A DNA stretch of 64,000 bases from Acidobacteriota bacterium. Its GTDB lineage: Bacteria > Acidobacteriota > UBA890 > WLXD01. A model generated the notes under the pieces. That model had not been told where the DNA came from. It searched no databases and saw only the letters and a program-made list of their open reading frames with translations. Made by a program: the position numbers and the translations under genes. Position 1 is the first letter of the stretch. Every line of letters starts with the position of its first letter. The stretch is taken from the NCBI GenBank assembly GCA_965205505.1, contig CBDBHB010000009.1:2432001-2496000 (forward strand), in the 5' to 3' direction. Below are positions 1 to 9,570 of the stretch, one piece after another.

Positions 1-136
1 CCCCGCGAGAGTCGGCCATCCGCTGACCCGCGAAACCACTACGCTCGAAGCCAGTGACCTCGAACCCACAAACTCGCGTTCTCGGGGGAGGATTTCTTCA
101 CGTTACGACGGGATAGCCTCTACCCGTCAGCGGTTC

Positions 137-164
137 ATGCTACGCGCGTACGGGCCGGTGTCAA
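137..164 (-). promoter_or_regulatory. Sigma70-type promoter firing leftward out of the window
   Basis: Minus strand TTGACA (164-159), 16-bp spacer, TAGCAT (142-137), downstream of the mtaD-like stop. Confidence 0.55.
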
Positions 165-264
165 GCTGAGGGGAGTGTCAAGCTAGCGTCACGATAGCGT
201 CAAGCCAGGGGATCGATGAGCCCCGGAGCTTAACGACCATATCAACGACCGTTCACCGCTATCG

Positions 265-1707
265 CTATCGAGCGTTGGCAACCGCAGACTCGATTTGATC
301 ACGCATCTCCCAAGCGGCCGCCACAACGGCGTCGCGGTCTAATGTCAAGAAGATACCGTCCTCAAATAGAACTCGGCCGTCGACGACGGTGACGCGTACG
401 TTGCTCCCCCGAGTGGCATAGGCCAGGTGCGAATAGGCGTCGTAACGCGGCACCAGGTTAGGCAGGTTGCCGGAGACGATAACCAGGTCGGCGCGCTTGC
501 CGATCTCCAGCGAGCCGATCTCTGCGTGCAGCCCGAGAGCGCGCGCCCCCGAGATTGTCGCCATTGCCAGCGCCTCGGTCGCCGGCAGGGCCGTCGGGTC
601 TTTGCGCATGTGCTTCTGTAGCAGCGACGCTAGGAACGCGGCACCGAACATGTCGAGGTCGTTATTCGAAGCTGCCCCGTCGGTGCCTATTCCTACCGCG
701 ACACCGGCACTCAATAGTTCCTCCACGCGCATGGTGCCGGAGGCGAGCTTCATGTTGCTCTCGGGGTTGTGGATGACGCCGACCTGGTTACGCGCCAAGA
801 TCTCGATGTCCGCGTCCTCGAGCCACACAGCGTGCGCCGCGATCACATCGGGGCCAAGAAACCCGATCGCTTCGAGATGCTCAGTCGGGGTGCGGTCATA
901 CCGCTCGCGAATCTGGCGCACTTCGTCGCTCGTCTCTGCCAAGTGGATTAGCACCGGGACCCCGAGCTCGCGTGTCAACGCCACGGTGCGTTGCAGCGTC
1001 TCGGGCTCGAGCGTGTACGGCGCGTGCGGCGCGGCGGTGGCGGTGACCCTCGGGTGGTCTTTCCACTTGTTGATCAGCTCGCGCGTATAGGCGAGGGCCT
1101 CGTCGGCCGAGGCCGCATCGGGCACCGGAAACTCGAGCACTGACTCGCCCACGATCGCTCGCATGCCGGACTCGTCGGCGACCTTGGCGACCTCGTCCTC
1201 GAAGTAGTACATGTCGACGAACGTTGTCGTTCCGGTGCGGATCATTTCCAAAGCCGCCAGTTGCGTGCCGAGGCGCACGAACTCGGCAGTCACCGTCGCC
1301 GCCTCGGCTGGAAAGATGTAGTTCTCCAGCCAGTCCATCAGCGCCAGGTCGTCGGCGATACCGCGTAGCAGCACCATGGCGGCGTGACCATGGCCGTTGA
1401 TGAGCCCGGGAATGACCATGTCGCGCTCGCCCGCCGCGATCACCTCGTCGGCGTTCCAGGATGCTTCGATCTCGGCCGCCGTGCCGATCGCCGCGATAGC
1501 GCCGTCGACCACCGCGAGGCCGCCCTCGGCGATGACCGTACGATCGGAGTCCATGGTCACGAAGGTACCCCCCAGCACGAGCAGGTCGGCCGTGGCGCGC
1601 CCTTCTCCAGTTGCCCGGGTACTGCCACTGCCGGGGCCGGTGCATCCGGTGGTGCTGATTGCCGCCAACGCAACGACCGAGCACAGCGTCGTAAGGCGGG
1701 TGCTCAT
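265..1707 (-). CDS. Amidohydrolase, MTA/SAH deaminase (MtaD)-like, with N-terminal lipoprotein-type signal
   Basis: PGLINGHGH metal motif, HAPYT, IHLAET, HNPESNMKLASG, GTDGAASNNDLD. ATGA overlap with cdd stop. Confidence 0.85.
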   Translation of the reverse strand: MSTRLTTLCSVVALAAISTTGCTGPGSGSTRATGEGRATADLLVLGGTFVTMDSDRTVIAEGGLAVVDGAIAAIGTAAEIEASWNADEVIAAGERDMVIPGLINGHGHAAMVLLRGIADDLALMDWLENYIFPAEAATVTAEFVRLGTQLAALEMIRTGTTTFVDMYYFEDEVAKVADESGMRAIVGESVLEFPVPDAASADEALAYTRELINKWKDHPRVTATAAPHAPYTLEPETLQRTVALTRELGVPVLIHLAETSDEVRQIRERYDRTPTEHLEAIGFLGPDVIAAHAVWLEDADIEILARNQVGVIHNPESNMKLASGTMRVEELLSAGVAVGIGTDGAASNNDLDMFGAAFLASLLQKHMRKDPTALPATEALAMATISGARALGLHAEIGSLEIGKRADLVIVSGNLPNLVPRYDAYSHLAYATRGSNVRVTVVDGRVLFEDGIFLTLDRDAVVAAAWEMRDQIESAVANAR

Positions 1708-2189
1708 GACTTCTCCTCTGCTACGGACGAGTCATCCAGATGGTCGGGTCCGAAAGCGGCCGGCAAGAGCTCCGAGGCGCGCCAGATCTCGACGTGGCCG
1801 TCGAGGGTTACCATGAGCACAGGAATGTCACCGGCGAGATCCCAGATAACCTGCCGGCAGGCGCCACAAGGGGGTGTCGGCTGCGACCCGCGCCCCGGCC
1901 CGACCACCGCGAGGGCGGTCACCGGGGCGCTGCCGGCGGCGCGAGCCGCGAATAACGCCACGCGCTCAGCGCACAGCGTCAGCCCATATGACGAGATCTC
2001 GACGTTGCAGCCGCGATGCTGCCGAAGCTCGGCATCCAGGGCGGCGGCTCCCACCTTGAAGTGTGAGTAGGGCGCGTGGGCGCGCGATCGAGCTCGGATC
2101 GCCGCCTCGACGAGCTTGCGCTGATGCGGCTCCAGATCCGCGATCTGCACCAGCGGCGGTCGTGGATGGGCGCTGTCGGCTTCATCCAT
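1704..2189 (-). CDS. cdd: Cytidine deaminase (tetrameric type)
   Basis: APYSHFKVGAA, GCNVE, LCAERVA and PCGACRQ motifs. Start moved to MDEADS, which overlaps the punA stop. Confidence 0.92.
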   Translation of the reverse strand: MDEADSAHPRPPLVQIADLEPHQRKLVEAAIRARSRAHAPYSHFKVGAAALDAELRQHRGCNVEISSYGLTLCAERVALFAARAAGSAPVTALAVVGPGRGSQPTPPCGACRQVIWDLAGDIPVLMVTLDGHVEIWRASELLPAAFGPDHLDDSSVAEEKS

Positions 2190-3051
2190 CGGCGCCGATC
2201 CAGTTCTCCAGCTCGGCGATCCCGTGAACGGTGCCGCGTAGCAAACCGATGAAGTCATCGCGCACGCGCTCGCCGACCTTCATTACTTCGGTGTGGTCCA
2301 GCGGCTGGTCGAGGATTCCGGCTGCCATGTTGGTGATACATGACAGTCCGGCTACCTTGAGGCCGGCGTGGGCGGCGGCGATCGCCTCGGGGACCGTCGA
2401 CATGCCGACGGCGTCGGCGCCCAGGGCGCGCAGCATGCGAATCTCAGCAGGGGTTTCGAAGGACGGCCCGAGCATTGCGGCGTAGACACCCTCGCGTAGG
2501 TGCTGACCGCGTCCGAGGGCCGCCATCCGGGCCACCTCGATGTACTCGGGATCGTAGGCCTCGCTCATATCGAAAAAGCGCTCGCCGAGAGAGTGCAGGT
2601 TCGGGCCGGCGCAGGGGTTCGACCCCTGCAGGTTGATGTGATCGGTGATCAGCATCAGGTCGCCCGGCGAGAAATCGCTGTTGACGGCGCCTGCCGCGTT
2701 AGTCAACAGGAGTGCCTTGCATCCCAGCAATGCCAACACTCGGGTGGGAAACGACACCTCCCACGGCGCGTATCCTTCGTACAGATGCACGCGGCCCTGC
2801 ATCACCGCCAGCGCTACCCCCTCGCTCCTTCCGATCACCAAGCGGCCGGAGTGTCCGGATACGGTCGAGATCGGCCAGCCCGGGATGTCGCCGTATGGGA
2901 TTACGGCGGCGTCGTCGAGGGTCTCGGCCATGGCGCCAAGGCCCGATCCGAGAACGATCCCGATACGAGGCTGCACATGCACTCGCGCTGCGATCGAGTC
3001 GCTTGCCGCATCGAGCCTGCCGACGAGATCCGCCGGCGCGTCACCGCTCAT
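2182..3051 (-). CDS. punA: Purine-nucleoside phosphorylase (trimeric family)
   Basis: IVLGSGLG, QGRVHLYEG, GPSFETPAE, VGMSTVPE, CITNMAAG. Confidence 0.93.
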   Translation of the reverse strand: MSGDAPADLVGRLDAASDSIAARVHVQPRIGIVLGSGLGAMAETLDDAAVIPYGDIPGWPISTVSGHSGRLVIGRSEGVALAVMQGRVHLYEGYAPWEVSFPTRVLALLGCKALLLTNAAGAVNSDFSPGDLMLITDHINLQGSNPCAGPNLHSLGERFFDMSEAYDPEYIEVARMAALGRGQHLREGVYAAMLGPSFETPAEIRMLRALGADAVGMSTVPEAIAAAHAGLKVAGLSCITNMAAGILDQPLDHTEVMKVGERVRDDFIGLLRGTVHGIAELENWIGADG

Positions 3052-3081
3052 CCGACCGCTCCGACTGTACTGCTCTGCGCA

Positions 3082-4461
3082 TCAAAGCCCCGACAGCATC
3101 CCGGCAAGCGTCGCGGTGGAGTACGACGACATCATGCCAGCGAGCATCGCCCAGGGTCCGATGCGCGCCAGCTCGGCCTTACGGCTCGGCGCCAGTCCGC
3201 CGATGCCACCGATCTGGATGGCGATGGAAGCAAAGTTGGCGAACCCGCATAGCGCATACGAGGCGATGAGCTCGGACTTGGGGGATAGCAAGCCGGCCTG
3301 CGTCATCTCCACCATGCGCCGGAAGCCGACGATCTCGGTCAACACCAGCTTGGTGCCGAACAGCTCGCCCACGAAACTCGCCTCAGCCCAGGGGACACCC
3401 ATGACCCAGGCAAGCGGGGCGAACACCATGCCGAGCAGGCTCTCGAGCCGCAACGGTAACTCTGCAGGACCGCGGATGTAGAAGATCGCCCAGCTCAGCA
3501 CCAGCAGTCCAGCCACCACGACGCCGGCGCGGATCGCCTGCTCGCGACGTGGTTTCCACAGCAGTACGTAGGCGATCAGCAGCCCCAGCATCGCGCCGCT
3601 TAGCCGAGCTACGCCGGCGGTGTGGGCGAAGGCACTTCCCGCCAGCCCCAGGGCGCCGTTCACCAGCGCGATCAGCCCGAGGAAGGCGATGAGCATGCCG
3701 GCGATGTTGAGTGCCAACGTTACGCCCTGGCCGGCTCCACGCGCCGCAGCATCGAGGAGGTTCGCATCGGTCGCTTCGACGTCGATGTCAACGGCTCCGC
3801 CGGTCTTCGATGTCTCGGTCTCGGGGAAGAGCAGCTTCGCCATGACCAACGAAGCCGGGGCCGCCATGACGCTCGCCGACAGCAGGTAATCGGCGCGCAC
3901 GCCGAGGCCGATGTAGGCGGCCAGCACCGCGCCCGAGACGGTGGCGAAGCCGCCGGTCATCAGCGCCATGAGCTCCGATGTCGTCATCGACGGGATGAAG
4001 GGGGCAATGATGATCGGGGCCTCGGTCTGGCCCATGAACACGTTGGCCGCCGCCGCCAGCGACTCTGACCCGGACACCCTCATCGTGCGGTGCATTCCAC
4101 GAGCCATGAGCAGCACGATGCGCTGCATCAAGCCGATGAAGTAGAGCACGGAGAAGAACGAGGCGATGAACACGACGACCGGAAGCACCTGAAACGCCAG
4201 GATGAAGCCCGCTTGATCGCTGTGCGCTAGCGAACCGAAGACGAACTCGGAACCCGCATCAGCGAAGGTCAGGAGGCGCGTTACCCCGGTGGCCAGCGCC
4301 GCGAACAAGGCCTGGCCCGGCGTGGTCTTTATGATAATCAGTGCGAACAGTAGCTGCAGGCCGAGGCCCCACAGCACCGTGCTGGTGTTCACCGCGGCGC
4401 GGTTGCGTGACAGCCCGTAGGCGATGCCATACAGCACAACGAGTCCGACGATGCCGGTCAT
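3082..4461 (-). CDS. nupC: Concentrative nucleoside transporter (CNT/NupC family)
   Basis: AANVFMGQTEAP, MTGGFATVSG, YALCGFANFASIAIQIGG. Start MTGIVG forms an ATGA overlap with the upstream stop. Confidence 0.92.
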   Translation of the reverse strand: MTGIVGLVVLYGIAYGLSRNRAAVNTSTVLWGLGLQLLFALIIIKTTPGQALFAALATGVTRLLTFADAGSEFVFGSLAHSDQAGFILAFQVLPVVVFIASFFSVLYFIGLMQRIVLLMARGMHRTMRVSGSESLAAAANVFMGQTEAPIIIAPFIPSMTTSELMALMTGGFATVSGAVLAAYIGLGVRADYLLSASVMAAPASLVMAKLLFPETETSKTGGAVDIDVEATDANLLDAAARGAGQGVTLALNIAGMLIAFLGLIALVNGALGLAGSAFAHTAGVARLSGAMLGLLIAYVLLWKPRREQAIRAGVVVAGLLVLSWAIFYIRGPAELPLRLESLLGMVFAPLAWVMGVPWAEASFVGELFGTKLVLTEIVGFRRMVEMTQAGLLSPKSELIASYALCGFANFASIAIQIGGIGGLAPSRKAELARIGPWAMLAGMMSSYSTATLAGMLSGL

Positions 4462-5762
4462 GGGCGCTTCTCGCGGATCAGGGGTCGCGGGTCGGGTGAG
4501 GTCGCGGATACGGTAAGCGCAGCTTGCACTAACTCGGTGGCGCGGTCTACGTCGGCCGCCGGACCGTGGTGCAGCGTAGCCCAAGGGGTGCGGACGTGGA
4601 CTTCGTCGCCGCACTTGGCGTGCAGCTCGATGCCGGCGCCGAGATCGAGCGCGTCGTCCTGCGTATTTCTGCCGGCGCGCAGCCATACGCCGGCGAGGCC
4701 GATTGCGCGAGCGTCGAGCCCGGTGATGTAACCGGACAGCGACGGGCATAGCGGGCTGCAGTGTGCTGCGGTGGGGAGCAATGCTGTATCGGACAGCACC
4801 CGTGGGTCACCACCCTGCGCCAGGATCAGAGCTTCGAAGCGCTCCGCAGCGGCGCCGCTGTCGAGGCAGCCGGTAACTCTTCGCAGGGCGTCGTCGTGGT
4901 CGTCGGTGATGCCGCCGAGCTGCAACATCTCCGCCCCCAGCTCCAGCGTCAGCGCACGCACATCGGCGGGTCCGCGGCCGCTCAGCACATCGATCGATTC
5001 TGCCATCTCGAGGGCGTTGCCCACGGTGTTCCCCAACGGCTGCTCCATCGCGGTAATCATCGCGCTGCAGCGCAGCCCTGACCCGCCGGCCACGGCTACA
5101 ATGCGGTCGGCCAGGCTTCGCGCATCTTCGATGTCGGCGAAGAAGGCGCCACGCCCGACCTTCACGTCGAGCACCAGAGCGCTTGCACCCTCGGCGATCT
5201 TCTTGCTGAGGATACTAGCGGTTATGAGGCCGGTGTCGTCCACGGTCCCGGTCACATCACGGAGCGCGTACAGCCGCTTGTCAGCTGGGACGAACGTTGC
5301 CGTCTGCGCGCCCATCGCCACCCCGATGTGTTGTAGTTGGTCGCGGAAGGCGGGCGCCGACAGATCGGTCCGCAGCCCCGGTATACTCTCGAGCTTGTCG
5401 AGCGTGCCGCCCGTGTGTCCCAGCCCGCGCCCGGACACCATCGGCACCGTGCACCCAGCGGCTGCCGCCATTGGCGCCAGAATCAGGCTCACCTTGTCGC
5501 CAACGCCACCGGTGCTGTGCTTGTCGACCAGCGCTCCGTCGAGGTCGTCGAAATCGTATGTCTCACCCGACGTCACCATGGCCTCGGTCAACGCCACCGT
5601 CTCGCTGTCGGACAGGCCACGCCAGCGGATTGCCATCAGCAAGGCCGCCATCTGGTAGTCGGGCACCTTGTCTTCGAGGTAGGCACCGATGGCCCAGCGG
5701 AGCTCGTCGGAGGTCAGTGAGCCGCCGGCCTTCTTGCATTCGATCAGATCGACAAAGCGCAT
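4458..5762 (-). CDS. deoA: Pyrimidine-nucleoside / thymidine phosphorylase
   Basis: PDYQMAALLMA, VDKHSTGGVGDK, SGRGLGHTGGTLDKLE, LYALRDVT, SILSKKIAEG. Start MRFVDLI. Confidence 0.93.
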   Translation of the reverse strand: MRFVDLIECKKAGGSLTSDELRWAIGAYLEDKVPDYQMAALLMAIRWRGLSDSETVALTEAMVTSGETYDFDDLDGALVDKHSTGGVGDKVSLILAPMAAAAGCTVPMVSGRGLGHTGGTLDKLESIPGLRTDLSAPAFRDQLQHIGVAMGAQTATFVPADKRLYALRDVTGTVDDTGLITASILSKKIAEGASALVLDVKVGRGAFFADIEDARSLADRIVAVAGGSGLRCSAMITAMEQPLGNTVGNALEMAESIDVLSGRGPADVRALTLELGAEMLQLGGITDDHDDALRRVTGCLDSGAAAERFEALILAQGGDPRVLSDTALLPTAAHCSPLCPSLSGYITGLDARAIGLAGVWLRAGRNTQDDALDLGAGIELHAKCGDEVHVRTPWATLHHGPAADVDRATELVQAALTVSATSPDPRPLIREKRP

Positions 5763-6039
5763 CACGCTCTCGCCCAACCGCAGTTCGCCGGCGAGGATGC
5801 CGGCCCGCCACACTTCTACCACGGGCTGCCGGCACGCTGCCCGCCGGGGCGGTGAGCGCTGGCGGCGCGCCGCACACCAGAGGACGCTCTCGGGCCGGTG
5901 TCGAACAGGTGGGAGAACCCGCTGCTGGGTAGTTTGAGCGCCCGACAACGGCTGTGCTAGCCTTGGAAATATCTCCCCTGGATCTCCTCGAGCCGATGCC
6001 GTCGTGGCAATGCGTGCGTCGACGGCGACATGGTGAGTC

Positions 6040-7230
6040 GTGAAAAGCCAACGCATTGCAGTGGTCATCCTCGTGCTGTTGGTTGCCGCTACGCCGGTCG
6101 CTTCGCAGCAAGGTGATCTTCAGATTCGTGTTGTCTCGCCGGCGAACGACACCTACGTCTCCGGGACGACGACGATTCGCGTCGAGGTGGACCAGGTCGG
6201 GGATACGGCCATCTCCCGCGTCACGATCAGGGTCGACGGCTCGGTGCTCGCGGTGCTCGAAGAGCCGCCGTGGGAAGTCGCCTGGAACGCTGGCGACGAA
6301 TTTGATCAGCACGTAGTCGACGCGGAGGTGGTGGACGTCACCGGGCGAGAAGCTACAGACACGGTTCTCACACGCGATCTGGAAACTGCTGTTTTCAGAG
6401 CTGAGGTCAACGCCGTCCTGTTATACGTGAGTGCGGTCGACGGTCGTGGTCGCTATGTTTCCGGTCTGGAAATCGACGACTTCGAGGTCTACGAGGACGG
6501 CAAGCGACAGACGATCGCCAGCTTCTCCTCCGAGCCCCGACCCATGGTCGTGGGGCTGCTGCTGGACACGTCGGGGAGTATGCAGGAGGGAGCAAAGCTC
6601 GAGCGCGCGCGCCAGGGTGCGTTGGCGTTCCTGGATCAGATCGGAGGAGGGGACGAGGCGTTCGTAATGACCTTCGATTCGTTCCCGATGCTCCAGCAGG
6701 ACCTGACCTCCAACCAATCGATGCTTCGCGAGGCGCTCAGCGATCTGGTACCTGGCGGCGCGACGTCGATGAATCTGGCGGTCGTGGAGGGGGCCGATAT
6801 CTTGTTGGATCGGCCGGAGCGCCGGGCGTTGATCGTGCTCTCGGACGGCTACGATACGACCCAGACAGTTTCCGTCGACCAGGCGGTCGACTATGCTCGC
6901 CGTCTCGATGTTCGCGTCTACACGATCGGTATTTTCGGCGCGATTTCCGGCGACATACGAGGCCGGCGCTCCTTTGACATGATCAACCCGGGCGAAGATG
7001 CGCTGCGCTCGTTTGCCGACGGTACTGGCGGCCGCTCGATCATTCTCGATTCCCTTGGAGAGTTGCTTTCCGCCTATGAAGACATCGCCAACGAGCTCAA
7101 GAGCCAGTATGCCCTCGCGTATCGGCCGTCCGATCCGGCCTCGACCGGCGAGTGGCGAGAGATCGAGGTGCGTGCCGACGGCGCCAAGGAAGTCCGTACG
7201 AAGCCGGGCTACTACGGCGGGCCGTCCTGA
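6040..7230 (+). CDS. Secreted Ig-like + von Willebrand A domain protein
   Basis: Signal peptide, Ig-like segment (IRVVSPANDTYVSG...PPWEVAW), MIDAS DTSGS, LSDGYD, C-terminal VRTKPGYY. Confidence 0.85.
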   Translation: MKSQRIAVVILVLLVAATPVASQQGDLQIRVVSPANDTYVSGTTTIRVEVDQVGDTAISRVTIRVDGSVLAVLEEPPWEVAWNAGDEFDQHVVDAEVVDVTGREATDTVLTRDLETAVFRAEVNAVLLYVSAVDGRGRYVSGLEIDDFEVYEDGKRQTIASFSSEPRPMVVGLLLDTSGSMQEGAKLERARQGALAFLDQIGGGDEAFVMTFDSFPMLQQDLTSNQSMLREALSDLVPGGATSMNLAVVEGADILLDRPERRALIVLSDGYDTTQTVSVDQAVDYARRLDVRVYTIGIFGAISGDIRGRRSFDMINPGEDALRSFADGTGGRSIILDSLGELLSAYEDIANELKSQYALAYRPSDPASTGEWREIEVRADGAKEVRTKPGYYGGPS

Positions 7231-7243
7231 GTCCGGACACCGA

Positions 7244-7774
7244 TTGCCTCACCGGGGGCGGTTCGCGACGGCAGCGCTGGCATCGCTGCTGGTACTGGCA
7301 ACAGCTGCCGACGCGTCGGTTATCCGGGGACTGACTCTCAAGGAACTTCGCGGGCGAGCGGAATCGATCGTCGCGGGAACGGTCGTGGCAGTCCGAACAG
7401 TGCGGACACCGAGGAGCATCGAGACCGTGGCGCGGGTGCGGGTCGATCGCGCCTTCAAGGGAGCCGACTCCCGGATGCTGAGCGTGCGAACTCCCGGCGG
7501 CCTCTACGGGGGGCGTCGCCTCGTGGTTCAAGGGTCGCCCGAGCTCATCGAAGGAGAGAGCGTGCTCCTGTTCCTGTACCGCGACGCCGACAGCTGGCGT
7601 CCGGTGGGGATGTTCCAGGGTGTCTGGCGGCTTGGTCGCGATGACTTGAAGATGGCTCGTGCTAGCGGCTCCGGAGGCGCTGTGGTGCTTGCACCGAAGG
7701 CGGGCCGTGCAGCGGTCGAATTTCGCGAGCGAACGGTTTCGCAACTGGTCGGCAGCGCCGGGGTTACACGATGA
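7244..7774 (+). CDS. Secreted hypothetical protein of the type found upstream of matrixins
   Basis: Signal peptide after a TTG start, then IVAGTV...TPGG...GSPELIEGESVLLFL...GMFQG. ATGA overlap with the next gene. Start uncertain. Confidence 0.65.
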   Translation: MPHRGRFATAALASLLVLATAADASVIRGLTLKELRGRAESIVAGTVVAVRTVRTPRSIETVARVRVDRAFKGADSRMLSVRTPGGLYGGRRLVVQGSPELIEGESVLLFLYRDADSWRPVGMFQGVWRLGRDDLKMARASGSGGAVVLAPKAGRAAVEFRERTVSQLVGSAGVTR

Positions 7775-8771
7775 AGGCCGCCAGGGCGGCCACCTTGGGT
7801 ACGCTCGTCGGCCTGGTCGCGGTGCCGGCGTCCCCGGTGCCCGCCTACGTTCCGAATACGATCGACTTCGTGGGCGGCTCCGCGGTTGTCGCGCACTGGC
7901 CTGGGAGCGCCTTTTCCGATTGCGACTCGGGTGACGCGCGGGCTCACCAACGACGTGCCGGCGGCGGCGGGACGGGCTGCTCTTGACGCGGCGATGGTCA
8001 CATGGAGCACCTCGCCCGATTCCATCGTCGAGATCTTCGTCGCGGCGGAGCAGCGGGGATTGGAGGCCGATATTCTCGACGGAATCAACGTCATCGAGTT
8101 CTCCAACGACGCGGCGCTCGACAACGCCCAGTTTTTGACACTGTCGTTCACGCTGATGAACGCCGATGGCAGCATCGTCGAATCTGACATGTTGGTAAAC
8201 GATAGAGCCATCGGTTTTACGACGACGGAAGGTAGCAGCGTCGGCCTCGATCTCGAGACCACGATGCTGCAGGAGATTGGACGATTCCTCGGCCTCGCGA
8301 GCTCACCGTTGGGAGGGTTTGTCGCCGACGGCACGCTTGCCGACGATACTTCGGTCATGTTTCCGCTCGGCCGGGGTGTCGGCGAATCGGCGCGCACGTT
8401 GCGCGATGACGATGTTGCGGCGCTTGCAGCGCTGTATCCGGTCCCTGGCTCGGTACGTGCGACGATCAGTGGCCAGGTGGTCAGGGCCGGGGCGGTGGTC
8501 TTCGGTGCACACCGTCGCGCATGAACCGTTCCAAGACATCCTCGTCGGTGCGGTCAGCCTGCCGAACGGCACGTTCCGAATCGGCGGGCTCCCCCCCGGT
8601 ACCTACCTGCTGATGGCGTTTCCGCTGAACGGCGCGGTGTCGCCGGCAGCCCTCGGCGGCATCTTCCTTCGCGACAGCGTAGATACGACCTTCCGCGCAG
8701 CTTCGGCTGGCCAGACGATCCGCGTCGGCGCCGGTCAATCGGCCTCGGGCATCGTGGTGGAGGTCGAGTGA
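7771..8771 (+). pseudogene. Matrixin-like + carboxypeptidase-regulatory domain protein split by two frameshifts
   Basis: Three ORF pieces (7771-, 7886-, 8277-) join into one protein if a T is removed from TTTT at 7912-7915 (AHWPGSAFPIATRV) and the frame is corrected near 8510 (VFGAH[T]VAHEP). Could be assembly error. Confidence 0.7.
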
Positions 8772-9484
8772 TGCGGCAACCGTGGAGATGCCTCGCGGCG
8801 CTGACGACACTCGCGCTCCTGCGGGCCACCGCCGCCGCACAGCAGGACGACTATGAGGTCGAGCTGCCGCAGGAGTCGAGCTACATGGACCCAGACGAGG
8901 GCTGGAAGGAACGACGCTTCCACTTCGGTGGGTTCTCCGGAAAGATGACCGGCGGCACGCCGCTGGGAAGCATCGAGAACGTCTTCTTCCGCTCGTCGTA
9001 CGACATGGATACGGACTCGATGTGGGGCTTGCGTGCCGGGTTCGCGTTCGCACCCCGTTTCGACGTCGAGCTGGAGTACGGAAGGTCTTCCCCGGGAATA
9101 AACGTCGTCCTCACCAACCTTGCGGGCCAAGGGAAGACCGAGTTCTCGTTTGCGGATCTCGATCTCAGCTACTTCATGGCTGTGGTGAACTACGCCATGC
9201 TGGAGCGCTCTCGGCGCATCGTGCCTGTCTTGTCCCTCGGTTACGGAACCGTGAGCATGACCTCCATGGCTTCGGAGATCGCCGACAGCCGACAGATGGG
9301 GCTGGTCTTCGGGGGCGGGCTGCGTATCCGCGTGATCGACAATTTCGGTGTACGGGTTGATGTACGTGGGCTCAGGACCGGCTTCGGCCCCAAGCAGCAG
9401 GACGATCAGCTGCCGAGCCTCTTCCTGGGCGACTTCAACGCCTCGAACTTGTACTGGATGGCCGGATTCGAGTTTCGTTTCTGA
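8768..9484 (+). CDS. Outer-membrane beta-barrel protein
   Basis: Signal peptide, alternating amphipathic strands, C-terminal AGFEFRF. Confidence 0.8.
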   Translation: MMRQPWRCLAALTTLALLRATAAAQQDDYEVELPQESSYMDPDEGWKERRFHFGGFSGKMTGGTPLGSIENVFFRSSYDMDTDSMWGLRAGFAFAPRFDVELEYGRSSPGINVVLTNLAGQGKTEFSFADLDLSYFMAVVNYAMLERSRRIVPVLSLGYGTVSMTSMASEIADSRQMGLVFGGGLRIRVIDNFGVRVDVRGLRTGFGPKQQDDQLPSLFLGDFNASNLYWMAGFEFRF

Positions 9485-9570
9485 GCCGAGCCGGATCGCC
9501 TCTTCCTCTCTCCTTGCCTCCACTTCGCAAGACCCTGTCGCCAGACCCACCACACTTTCACCACGGCCTG

